DNA of 64,000 nt from an uncultured delta proteobacterium (lineage in GTDB: Bacteria > Desulfobacterota > Binatia > UBA9968): assembly GCA_963728565.1 (NCBI GenBank), contig CAVSLC010000005.1, forward strand, positions 32,001 through 96,000, read 5' to 3'. The notes beneath the pieces were generated by a model. The model was not told the DNA's origin, ran no database searches, and saw nothing but the letters and a program-made list of their open reading frames with translations. Both the position numbers and the translations under genes were made by a program. This document shows, piece after piece, positions 1-9,860 of this stretch. Numbering within the stretch: position 1 is the first letter of the stretch; each line of letters begins with the position of its first letter.

Positions 1-505
1 GGAAGGCGTGCGACTGGTTGCCGAAGACGGCAAAGTGTTGCCGGAAGTCAAGGAGATCATGGAAATGGCGGCGGAAAAGAAGGTCGGCATCGGCTTCGGC
101 CACACTGACTTTCAAGAATTGCTGCCGTTGGCAAGACTGGGAAAAGACATCGGCGTCCGAGCGACCCTGGATCATCCGTTACTAGAGTTGAACAAACTTC
201 TACTCGATGAAATGAAACAGCTGCGCGACCTCGGCGTTTATGTCGGCACCTACTGCCAACCGATGATTCCGAGTCTTTATCAGCCTGTCGCCGATCCCAT
301 GGAAACCATTCGCACGATCAAAGAAATCGGTCCCGACCGTTGCATTATCGGCAGCGACTTCGGTCAGGTGCTGCACATGGATGCGGTCGACGGTATGCGG
401 GTCTTCATCCGCGCGCTGCTCGGGTTCGGCATCAAGCCCGATGAAGTGAAGGTGATGCTGAAAGATAATCCGGCGAAATTAATGTGGTTGGAAGAGGACC
501 GATAA
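1..505 (+). CDS. Amidohydrolase-fold protein (DUF6282-like), 5'-truncated by the window edge
   Basis: GFGH, LDHP and GSDFGQ metal-ligand-type motifs; C-terminal DNPAKL typical of the TIM-barrel amidohydrolase superfamily. Confidence 0.65.
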   Translation, partial: EGVRLVAEDGKVLPEVKEIMEMAAEKKVGIGFGHTDFQELLPLARLGKDIGVRATLDHPLLELNKLLLDEMKQLRDLGVYVGTYCQPMIPSLYQPVADPMETIRTIKEIGPDRCIIGSDFGQVLHMDAVDGMRVFIRALLGFGIKPDEVKVMLKDNPAKLMWLEEDR

Positions 506-605
506 ACGCGCTGCCGCGGTGTTTGCCAGGGCCCGTATTTCACGATTAGATATTCCATCGGTGCCTGGAGGGAGACTGTGTTTCCCGGTCAGAAATGAGC
601 AGGAT

Positions 606-1465
606 TTAAGACGGTTTATTTTGTCGATCCGCCGATGCGCCGAGCGGAGTTATACACGCGTGCGTGAAAAGCTTCCCGAAAGGGCTTAGCAGAATGTTGC
701 CTTTCTTGAATGCAACGGTAAACAAACCTTCCGGTAATTCCTCTTGAAACTTGTCCCGGTATAACTCCTTCAGTGCTTCCTTACAGGTCGCATAATACTG
801 TTCTTCTAGTCGTTTGTATAACGAATCATTGGCAATGTGCGTTTCACGGCGAATTGAAACTAGACCGAGCCCTTCAAGGTTGCTGAAATAAGCTACTATG
901 TTGCGGGGGAAGGAAATTGGAATGACAGTTTCAAGACCTGTGAGAATCTCTGAGATGATGATGTACTCTCTATCCTGTTTCTTAAAAGCCGATGCCGAAA
1001 TGAATGGGATGGCTTGGACGGTGTGCAGTTCTTTCATTAAAAGAGCCTCATCGGGAGAGAGGTGATTGATTATATTAACGAAGCTGGATGCGCGCAGTCC
1101 GCTGTCTGCATCGTTGAGGCTTTCGAAACCAAGTTTATATAAAGCTGAGTCAGCTGACCGTCACTTACGTAGGCCAGCTTTTCAGAAATCGGCACACCTA
1201 GCTCAGGCCTAACTTGCGTGACCTCGTCTTTGACACGTTCTCTAATTCAATTCTGTATCTGTTTAAGTTATCGGCAAGAGTCAGCTTTGCGCGTTCGTTG
1301 AGTTTGTATTGGCCAAAGAAGTGTGTTTCCGAGTCCGATAATTGTCGACAGCGCTTTACCGACTTGCGTGACCCCAGGCTTAGCCAGATCTCCATAGATT
1401 TCTTTCAATAAGCCGGGAATCTGTGCTGCTTCGGTCAAGATGGGCAGCATGCTTCGGTCAGGCAT
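606..1465 (-). pseudogene. DUF4393/Abi-alpha family protein, multiply frameshifted
   Basis: Joined frames read GDLAKPGVTQVGKALSTI...YINLVSKAS...AHPSFVNIINHLSPDEA...NLEGLGLV; several indels between ~1090 and ~1310; visibly AT-richer than the flanks. Confidence 0.65.
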
Positions 1466-1620
1466 TTCTAAGAACTTTGTACCTCGCACAATAATCTGTC
1501 AAGGTCACTTATGAGCACTGGCTTACCCGTACCGGCCATGGATTGCTGCAGATGAGCGCACTAAAGGCTCACGGTGATGCCGAAAATCGGTTTTCACCGG
1601 GACCCTATTTGTTTAAAAGG

Positions 1621-2805
1621 TTATTTCAGGTGCGCGCGCTGTGCGATGGTGATCAACAGACCGGCGGCGGCGATCGCGGCAACAGCGACGTACATCCAAA
1701 AAAATCCAAACCCCTGAAGCAAGCTGCCGCAGATCAGCGCGCCAACGCCGTTACTGAGCGGGAGGGCGATGGAAAAAGTCGCCATCGCTCTCCCTCTTCG
1801 CTCGGGTTTTGCCTGCTCCATTGCGATTGCCAATGTGGTTGCGCTGGCCATGGCTAAGCCCAGCATGTAGAGCGTCCCCGGGATCATCAATTGGAGCAAA
1901 CTCGAAGCAAATGCCAACGCCAACAATGCGACAGCTTGCAAGATAAAGCAGGCGAGCAAAGCGCGCCGCCGGCCGATCTGATCGGAAACTTTTCCCAGTA
2001 GGGGACGAGCAAGCAGACTCGTCGTACCCGTCGCCACATAAAACCAGCCGATATTGTCGATGCCGTTCTCTCGCGCGTAAAGGACCAGGAAGCTTGCCAC
2101 GGCCGGAAAGGTCACGTGCGAGCTAAATGAAAGCAGCGAAGCGAGAATAATTTCGCGGTCCAAGACGCTCCAAACTTCTTTCCACCAGGGAGCCGAAGGA
2201 GCGGCATGGGGTTTATGAGTTGGTTCTGATACGTAGCGCGCGCGAATCGCGCCAGTGCCTGCGCCAAGCGCGGCAAGCGCGATGGCCACTATGAAAACCG
2301 TATGGAAACCGCCAAACGGCGCGTCGATCAGCCACAGAGCGACGGCCGGTAACAGGATCGTGCCGCTGGCTTGAACGCCACTGTAAAAACCGGACGCTTC
2401 GCCGCGTCGTGCCGGCGGCGCGCTTAGGGCCAAGAGCGAATAGCCCGCGGCGCTCAAACCTGCCCAACCGAGGCCGCGCAAAGCGTTGGCGAACATCGTC
2501 GCTTCGACAAAGGGAATGAAACAGAAAATCACCGCGGCGGATAACAAAAGCAGCCCGCAAATGAGAACGCCTGTTTCAGACCAACTGTCGGCCCAGCCGC
2601 CAATCAGTGGCCGGAACACGACGCTGGTTGCCGCAAAGCATGCGAGCACCAGGCCCACTTCCAACGGAGTGCCCCCTAACGAGGTGATGTAGAGCGGAAA
2701 TGTCGGTTGCAGAAGCGCATGTTGAGCCGAGCCAAAAAACTGCGCGCAACATAGTAGAGCAAACGCGGGCGTCCACAGCCGCTGGGATTTCGCCGTGGTC
2801 ATCAA
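1621..2805 (-). CDS. MFS transporter
   Basis: 394 aa, ~12 hydrophobic segments, motif A GKVSDQIGRR, RRGEASG/RRGRAMA loops. Confidence 0.9.
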   Translation of the reverse strand: MMTTAKSQRLWTPAFALLCCAQFFGSAQHALLQPTFPLYITSLGGTPLEVGLVLACFAATSVVFRPLIGGWADSWSETGVLICGLLLLSAAVIFCFIPFVEATMFANALRGLGWAGLSAAGYSLLALSAPPARRGEASGFYSGVQASGTILLPAVALWLIDAPFGGFHTVFIVAIALAALGAGTGAIRARYVSEPTHKPHAAPSAPWWKEVWSVLDREIILASLLSFSSHVTFPAVASFLVLYARENGIDNIGWFYVATGTTSLLARPLLGKVSDQIGRRRALLACFILQAVALLALAFASSLLQLMIPGTLYMLGLAMASATTLAIAMEQAKPERRGRAMATFSIALPLSNGVGALICGSLLQGFGFFWMYVAVAAIAAAGLLITIAQRAHLK

Positions 2806-3167
2806 AGTCGCTGATCCAAGGATAGTTTTCTTTTGCGGCGTTTCGAAATGTGGAGAAGAGACCGGAAGTGCAAAGAGAGCCTACGCTAGCATGAACCCGA
2901 GGCAAGGTCGAGCTAGGCGCGGAGCTGTGCAGCGACAGAGTGTCGATGCTACTTCATTGACATCGTAAGCCGCCGTGGTGATGGCGCATGAGTGCAAAAT
3001 GGTTGCGCGACCAACTCGGAAAGAGACAACGTAGTTCCCACAGACTGATACGAATCGATACACCGAGTTTCACCTGCTTTACATTGCCTGATTATAGTAG
3101 GGTTAGAAACGGAGCTTCATTCTATTTGATTGCCAAATTGTCTCTTGCGTCGATGATGATTTAATCG

Positions 3168-3182
3168 TGGCATCTGTCTTGC
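3168..3182 (+). promoter_or_regulatory. Sigma-54 (-24/-12) promoter
   Basis: TGGCAtctgtcTTGC with exact GG-N10-GC spacing, 13 nt before the ATG at 3196. Confidence 0.6.
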
Positions 3183-3195
3183 GCCTCCCTGCGGC

Positions 3196-3390
3196 ATGAA
3201 CTTAGCCGATGAAACTTGCGATCATTGTGAGGGTATCCTCCTCGGCAACAAAGCGTATCGGGTATGGACGGAAGATTCTGGGCGAATCTTGTTAGATATG
3301 GTCGTGTGCTATGCCTGTAATCTCGAGGCGCAGAAGCTCGGCCTGAATAGCGACCAAGTTAAGACGATCGCCAGACCATCACAAAAGTGA
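3196..3390 (+). CDS. Small CxxC...CxxC putative zinc-binding protein
   Basis: 64 aa with CDHC and CYAC; directly after the sigma-54 consensus. Confidence 0.55.
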   Translation: MNLADETCDHCEGILLGNKAYRVWTEDSGRILLDMVVCYACNLEAQKLGLNSDQVKTIARPSQK

Positions 3391-3592
3391 CTTGCTGACG
3401 AAGGAGCGCCTAAATCCTCCATCGAACCAGTGGCTAACTGCGCTTACTTCTTTATTTAATCGTCACGACGCGGAAGTTGAGCGCAGGAGAACAACGTCCG
3501 CTGATGCGCAACCCGGAACAAGTTGCCGCCCAAACTTTGGCCACCTCCATAGCTGGCGTCTGATACAGCAGAACATCTGTAATGCCGCAGAC

Positions 3593-4195
3593 CTAACCGG
3601 GCTGTCGGCGCCGGAATGTTACAACCCGATAAAGATATCCGAGCACGATCAATCCGATCACCACATTCGAAATAGGATTCATCCAGTGAGCCACCTTTTC
3701 GTACTGGCTCTCGAGAAAGTACCCGGCCGTTGCCAGGAGCGCGGTCCATAAGATTGTGCCGGCGCTGGAATAGAGAAGAAACGAGGCAAGCGGCATCCCG
3801 GCAATGCCCGCCGGAACGGAGATGAGGGTTCGAACCGCGGGGATAAGCCTGCCGATGAAGACGGTTTTGCCGCCGTGACGATTAAACCAGGCGCACGCCT
3901 GCTCGACCTCTTTCGGTGAAAGCGTGAGCCAGCGGCCATGTTTTGTCGCCCATCGCTCTAATCTTTGGGCGCCGATCTTCTGACCAATGTAGTACCAGAG
4001 AAGAGCTCCGAGCAGGGAACCGATGGACCCTGCGATTATGCCGATCAGCAAGTTGCCCTCGCCGCGGGCCGCCGAAAACCCCGCCAGCGGCATGATCAAT
4101 TCCGACGGAATGGGTGGGAAAACGTTTTCGGCGAACATTAAAAGTACCAGGCCGAGTGCCCCCATCTTCTGAAAGCCCATAAGCCAATCGAACAC
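3593..4195 (-). CDS. DedA family membrane protein
   Basis: ENVFPPIPSELIMPLAGF and GRLIPAVRTLISVPAG signatures; GTG at 4195 preceded by AGGAGG. Confidence 0.9.
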   Translation of the reverse strand: MFDWLMGFQKMGALGLVLLMFAENVFPPIPSELIMPLAGFSAARGEGNLLIGIIAGSIGSLLGALLWYYIGQKIGAQRLERWATKHGRWLTLSPKEVEQACAWFNRHGGKTVFIGRLIPAVRTLISVPAGIAGMPLASFLLYSSAGTILWTALLATAGYFLESQYEKVAHWMNPISNVVIGLIVLGYLYRVVTFRRRQPG

Positions 4196-4244
4196 GATTC
4201 CTCCTTTCAATGACTTCTCTGCCGGCAGCGCTTCCGTCCATGCT

Positions 4245-4723
4245 TCATCCATCCTCGCTATCATTGACGGGCCTTCGATAGAACTCGACGAAGAACCGCA
4301 CCGAGCCGACCGGTTCGACATGGTGCCGGACCTCTGGAATGACGATTCCGGGCACTCCAGGAGATAACTCAAACTGCGTCCCCAGAGCATCGATTCGATA
4401 GTTCAGTTTTCCCTCGATCACCTGGATCTTTGCCCAGACGCCGGGCTTGGTCGAGTGGTCCCTGCGCAGGCTCTGAGGTACAGTCCGTTCGTTGAATTCG
4501 GCGGTCTTCCGGTAGGCTTTAAAATCGTCCGGCATTTCGAACCGATCACACCTGACACAATCCATGGGCTTACCGATCTTCTTGCTTCGTTCGATTTCAG
4601 TGATGACCCACGGCCGTTCTTCGAAGGGCGGCCGATGCCTGACATGCTGCCGTGGCCGCAGCTCAGAAGGGCTACCCAGTCGCCGTGCTCGTCCATTTTG
4701 AATCCGGTTATCAAGCGGCGCAT
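4245..4723 (-). CDS. DUF3565 domain fused to DUF1971 (YeaR/TehB N-terminal-like) domain; one frameshift near 4650
   Basis: DEHGDWVALLSCGH(G/QH)VRHRPP...CVRC followed by TAEFNERTVP...HSTKPGVWAKIQVIEGKL...HHVEP. Confidence 0.75.
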
Positions 4724-4901
4724 GCGGCTAAGTCGCTACTTCATCAGTACTGATGGGACTAAGCGATCTGTTCGACTGCGACTCAAAGCCATCGACTCGA
4801 GGACCAGGATGAGACTTTAGGTTTTGCCGCTCTCGTCGACCTTTGTTACCTCGATAATCTCGCAGTAATCAGCTGAGAGCTACCGCACAGCTCACCGCTG
4901 A

Positions 4902-5357
4902 TTATTGCCGTGTGTATGTTTCGGTCGTAGGCGTCTCAGCCAACCTGGAATTTATGCTTATGGTTTTGGCGCCTTCGCCGAATCGAATTGTTGCCGACTG
5001 GTTTCTGCCGGCAACATTTGCCGGCGCGGTGAAAGTTAACGACAGATTATTTCCAGTGAGCCGCCAGGTCCCGGAACCTTTTACGCTGCTGCCGGAGAAT
5101 GTGGCCGTGAACGTGCCATTGGGATTGAATTCGATCACATCGTTGCCGCTACAGGAGGTGGTCGAGCCGCCGGGCAGCGGCATAGTGGCAGGACATTCGA
5201 ACGACTGATTGCCGGTGGCAATCGATGTTTGGCGCCATTGGCCAACCAACGAAGACGAGTCAGCAGGTAAACTGCCGGCTCCTCTAGTACTACAGCCAAA
5301 CAGGAACATTAGCAGCAGAAAGCCACCCATCGAGATTCTGCCAAAGCTCTCATTCAT
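4902..5357 (-). CDS. Lipoprotein, lipocalin-like beta-barrel
   Basis: Lipobox LFG-C; LVGQW and FNPNGTF...GTW patterns. Confidence 0.65.
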   Translation of the reverse strand: MNESFGRISMGGFLLLMFLFGCSTRGAGSLPADSSSLVGQWRQTSIATGNQSFECPATMPLPGGSTTSCSGNDVIEFNPNGTFTATFSGSSVKGSGTWRLTGNNLSLTFTAPANVAGRNQSATIRFGEGAKTISINSRLAETPTTETYTRQ

Positions 5358-5526
5358 CGTTTGCTTTCCCTTCGCTCCGGTCTGACGTGGAGCGCACTTC
5401 TTCTTAACTCGATAGGGATGCTATTTCCAATGGCGTTGTGACAGGGTTTGATCGCCTGGAGTCGAGGATTGACCGGGGCTAAAGGGTTGGTTAGGCATAT
5501 CATGAGGGATTAAAGGAGGCATCACG

Positions 5527-5970
5527 ATGATAAGAACTCTGCTTGCCACGAGTTGCGCTTTGGTCTTTGGCGCTTCGCTGGCGCAAGGCGCCGAGTACTT
5601 TATCTACCAAGATCCTGCTGGAAAGATCGTCCTGTCCAATATAGCTCCACCGCCTGGGGCAGAGGTGATCAAGCGCGAGGAATTGCAAGATGTCACCGAT
5701 GAAGAGGTGCGCGCAGGGCGGGAGCGCGAGCATGCGTTTTGGCAGCGACTCAAGGATGAAGAGCTGGCGGAGTCAAACCGAAACATGGCGGAAAGCAACT
5801 ATCGTTTGGCTCAGGCGATTATCACAGCCGCAACGCTGCGTGAAACGGAGCCGGAGGTTTTGGTTCAGGTCGCAAATGCGCCTGGTTCTCGATTTCGCGG
5901 TCCGCACATGGATCAACGGCGAACGCGGGGCCGCTCACCCAACGAATTTCGGCATACTAGAATCCGCTAG
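5527..5970 (+). CDS. Secreted DUF4124-like protein
   Basis: AGGAGG RBS; signal peptide; IYQDPAGKIVLSNIAPP resembles the DUF4124 N-terminus. Confidence 0.6.
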   Translation: MIRTLLATSCALVFGASLAQGAEYFIYQDPAGKIVLSNIAPPPGAEVIKREELQDVTDEEVRAGREREHAFWQRLKDEELAESNRNMAESNYRLAQAIITAATLRETEPEVLVQVANAPGSRFRGPHMDQRRTRGRSPNEFRHTRIR

Positions 5971-5971
5971 G

Positions 5972-7691
5972 CTAATGATTTGCCGCGCTCGACTTAGCCG
6001 CGTGGCATTCGAGCACATGCTGAATCATACCGATTGCCAGTTCGTGCTCGCCAAGAAAAACTTTGCCGGCCTGTCTCTTTTTCCAGGAGCACGGCCTCTT
6101 CTTCGCTGTGCGTGCGCACAACCGTTTGGATGCGCGGGTTGACGGTGCGGGCGACCTCAATCATTTTTCGGACGTTGAGGCTATCGGGAGTGGCGATCAC
6201 CAAAATAGATGCCCGGTGAACATGAGCTTGGAGGAGAACCGCGGGATCGGAGGCATCACCGGACACCGCTGCTATACCGCTCGAGCGCAGGCGTTCGACG
6301 ATTTCGCGGTTCTGCTCGGCGACAACAATCGATATGCCATGCTCGGTTAGCGCTTCGCCGATGCGGCGGCCGACTCGGCCATAGCCGACGATGACAACAT
6401 GTCCGGTCAGGCGCTTTAGATCGGTGGTCATCGGCAACGCCGCGAGAGGGTCATCCGGGCGCTCCAAAGCTTGAGCGAGTTTTGAGCGGGAGCGGATCCA
6501 AGCTTGCACCGGCTCGATGGCTCCGAACAACACAGGATTGAGAGCGATCGAAATGATCGCGCCTGCCAGGATTAGACTCTGGCCTTCGACCGGCAGCAAT
6601 CCAAGGGATACCCCGAGACCGGCCAGGATGAACGAGAACTCGCCGATTTGCGCCAGGCTTGCCGATACCGTAAGCGCGGTGTTGAGCGGATAGCGGAACA
6701 GAAGGACAATCGCAAAAGCCGCCAGCGATTTGCCGAAGATGATGATCGCCAGCACCATCAGAACATGGAGCGGTTCGCGAATCAGCACGTCGGGATCGAA
6801 CAACATGCCGACGGATACAAAGAACAGAACGGAAAACGCGTCCCTGAGAGGCAAGGATTCTTCCGCCGCCCGGTAGCTGAGCGGGGATTCTCTCATCACC
6901 ATGCCGGCGAAAAACGCGCCGAGCGCGAATGAGACGCCAAAGAGTTCGGCGGAACTATAGGCAATGCCGACGGCGGCCGCGACGATGCACAGAGTAAAAA
7001 GCTCGCGAGAGCCGGTCCGGGCAATTTGCCAGAGCAACCACGGAAACAGACGGCGACCTACGACCAGCATCAGCACGATAAAGACCGACACCTTGCCGAT
7101 CGTCAGCGCAAACGTTGCCAGTAAGCTTCGATCTCCAGCAGGTTCAGCGGCATTTACGTTACCGCCGAGCCAGACCGACATCGCTGGAAGCAGGACCAGC
7201 ACCAATACCATCACGAGGTCCTCGACTATGAGCCAGCCGATGGCAATGCGGCCATTGACGGAATCAAGAACACCGCGATGCTCCAGGGCCTTGAGCAGCA
7301 CGACCGTGCTGGCTACGGAGAGCGCAAGACCAAACACGAGTCCGGCAGCAAGACTCCAACCCCAAGTAGCGGAGACAGCCATTCCCAACACCGTGGCAAC
7401 CGTGATTTGGACAATCGCGCCGGGTAAGGCGATGCGGCGCACTGCTAATAAGTCGTCCAGTGAAAAGTGCAGTCCGACGCCGAACATCAACAACATCACG
7501 CCGATTTCAGCAAGCTGGCTCGATAGTTCGACGTCGGCAACAAATCCCGGTGTTGCGGGACCAATAATGATGCCGGCGGTGAGATAACCAACCAGAACCG
7601 GCAGCTTTAGCCGAGCTGCGATAAAGCCCATGATAAGCGCAAGCCCCAAGCCGGCGGCGATTGTGCTGATTAAGGTGACGCTATGAGGCAC
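5972..7691 (-). CDS. ybaL: Kef-type (CPA2) cation/proton antiporter YbaL with KTN domain; frameshift near 6070
   Basis: LAEIGVMLLMFGVGLHFS, AQIGEFSFIL, KTN GYGRVG; the C-terminus GKVFLGEHELA continues in ORF 5972..6160. Confidence 0.88.
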
Positions 7692-7703
7692 GTAGCTCTT
7701 CTC

Positions 7704-7859
7704 CTAGCAGGCTGCTGAAAAGACTCATATCCTTGGTTGCGCTCGATCGTCTCGCCACAACGTACTCGCTAAGTATGCCTCCGTTCGTCAATTTCTCGCG
7801 CGCCTCGGCTCTAACTCTTTTGAGCAGCCTGCAATCCGCGTTTTTCGTCAACCTGCTAG
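7704..7859. mobile_element. MITE/REP-like element with imperfect terminal inverted repeats
   Basis: CTAGCAGGCTGCTGAAAA ... TTTTTCGTCAACCTGCTAG, plus an internal inverted copy TTTTGAGCAGCCTGC; CTAG at both ends; no transposase. Confidence 0.65.
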
Positions 7860-8467
7860 ATTTGGATGTCGGCGGACCTGACTTAAATCCACAGGCCGGA
7901 ATTGTCGTCAGTTGGGTTTCGCCAATCCGGCAGCCGTTGAATAGCACACATCAAGAAAACCCCGGGCGCGACTTGCGCATCGAGTGGGCCCGCCCCGTTT
8001 CCGGATGAATGATTGCCTGCGCCCTGAGAGAATTGGCAGAGAGCTGCCCCGCAGCGAGCGTTCGAAAAGCAATTGTTATCGCGGATTGAGCGTGCTGATC
8101 AGCTTGAGTGGCCCATCAGCCGGCGGCAGTTTGTTTAATGATTTGTGTGCGGTCCAGCGACACAGAACGAAAGTATAATGAATGCATTGTGCCCGCAACT
8201 TCCGCACACGAAACCACCAACAGCTACCGACGGTCGGTCCAAGCTGTTCACACCGTTTCGAAAGATGCGTGCTCCCGCGGGGGAGTATGGATGCACCAAT
8301 TAGGAAGATGAAATCTCCCGGGTTTTTTTAAGCCACGTCTTTGGTCGCGAGGCTCGTCCAGCGAGCTATTTCGTTTCACTTTACTTTCTTACCCCGGCGA
8401 TTTCAGTTATCGTGCGAGCGTTTTAGCAACTTCGCTCGACATCAATTAGTTTCGGAGGACGATCGGG

Positions 8468-9695
8468 ATGGAAAGAAAGTGGTGGCTCGTGATCGTCGGT
8501 TGCATCACCCATGCGGTGAACACCGGCTTGAGCTATTTCGGCATGAGCGCCTACTTTCCTTCCTTCGAGCGCGAGTTCGGTTGGAGCCGCACGGCAATTT
8601 CGGGCGCTTTTTCTCTGGCGCGAATTGAATCCGGCCTTCTCGGACCCATGGAAGGGTATGTAACGGACCGGGTCGGACCGCAGAGAATGATATTCATCGG
8701 GCTCTTTCTCTGCGTCGGCGGTTTTTTAGCGCTGAGTTTGGTGGACTCGCTGCCGATGCTCTACGCCGTCATCGTTTTCGGCATCGTTCTCGGTTCCAGC
8801 CTTGGTTACAACATGCCGATCAGCGTTCTGATCGCCAAGGTTTTTCGCGAGAGAAGAAGCCTGGCCTTCGGCATCTTCCGCATGGGACCCGGAATTTCGG
8901 GCCCGATGGTTCCGTTGGTCGGATGGATGATCGGATTATGGGGCTGGCGAACCGCAGCGGTCGATATCCGGGTGTGTTCTGCTCGCGATTGGATTTCCGC
9001 TCGCCTGCGTTATCAGAAAAATTTATACCCAAGAAGAAGCCGGCATCGTCAGCCTGGAGAGCTCTGAGGCTAATTCGAAAGACTCTCCGCATTCTTCGAT
9101 TGATCCGCAGTTCACACTTAAGCAAGCGTTACGTCATCGATCTTTTTGGTTGCTTTCTGTCGCAATGGGCATGCGCCATCTGGTGACCGAAGGAGTTTCG
9201 GTTCACTTTGTTATTCTCCTGGTGGACCGCGGCTGGAGCACTGAAGCGGCCAGCACCTTGCTCGGCATATCCGCATTGATCGGCGCGCCGGCGCGGATCG
9301 GCATGGGGTGGTTGGGAGATTTGCTCGATAAGCGCCGCTTGGTAATGGGATTATTGCTGGCGTTGAGTGTCTCGGTGCTGTTGATGGGATATACCGGCCA
9401 GGCGGTTGTTTTTACCGCCTGCATGATTATCTATTCGTTGGCGTACGGCGGGCTGGCCGCTTTACAAGAACCGATCCGCGCCGACTATTTCGGCACGCGA
9501 GCATTCGCGACGATTCAAGGCATGAGCCGATCGGTTGTGACTGCGGGCACCTTTCTCGGTCCTATCATCGCGGGATTTTTCTATGATGTGACGAAAAGCT
9601 ACACAATTGCATTCGGCGTTTTCGCTCTCGTCAGTTTGATGGCAACGCTGTTCATGTTTTTTGCCAAACCGCCGAAGCGAGCTTGCGGCAATTGA
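8468..9695 (+). CDS. MFS transporter (OFA/MCT-like); frameshift near 8964
   Basis: FGWSRTAISGAFS, GYVTDRVGP, ADYFGTRAFATI; ORFs 8468..9067 and 9150..9695 join across one extra base. Confidence 0.85.
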
Positions 9696-9860
9696 TGTCG
9701 CTTGCGCGATCACGGCAAAGGGCAATCGATGCGCTGCGGTCGAGCGATGATGTACGCTCGCAGCCGGAACTTGACAACTCCGGAGCACTCAAGCAATACA
9801 CATTACGACGCGGTAATCGAAGTTTTAATTCACGGAATGCCGAAAGGCGGTAACGTTGCG

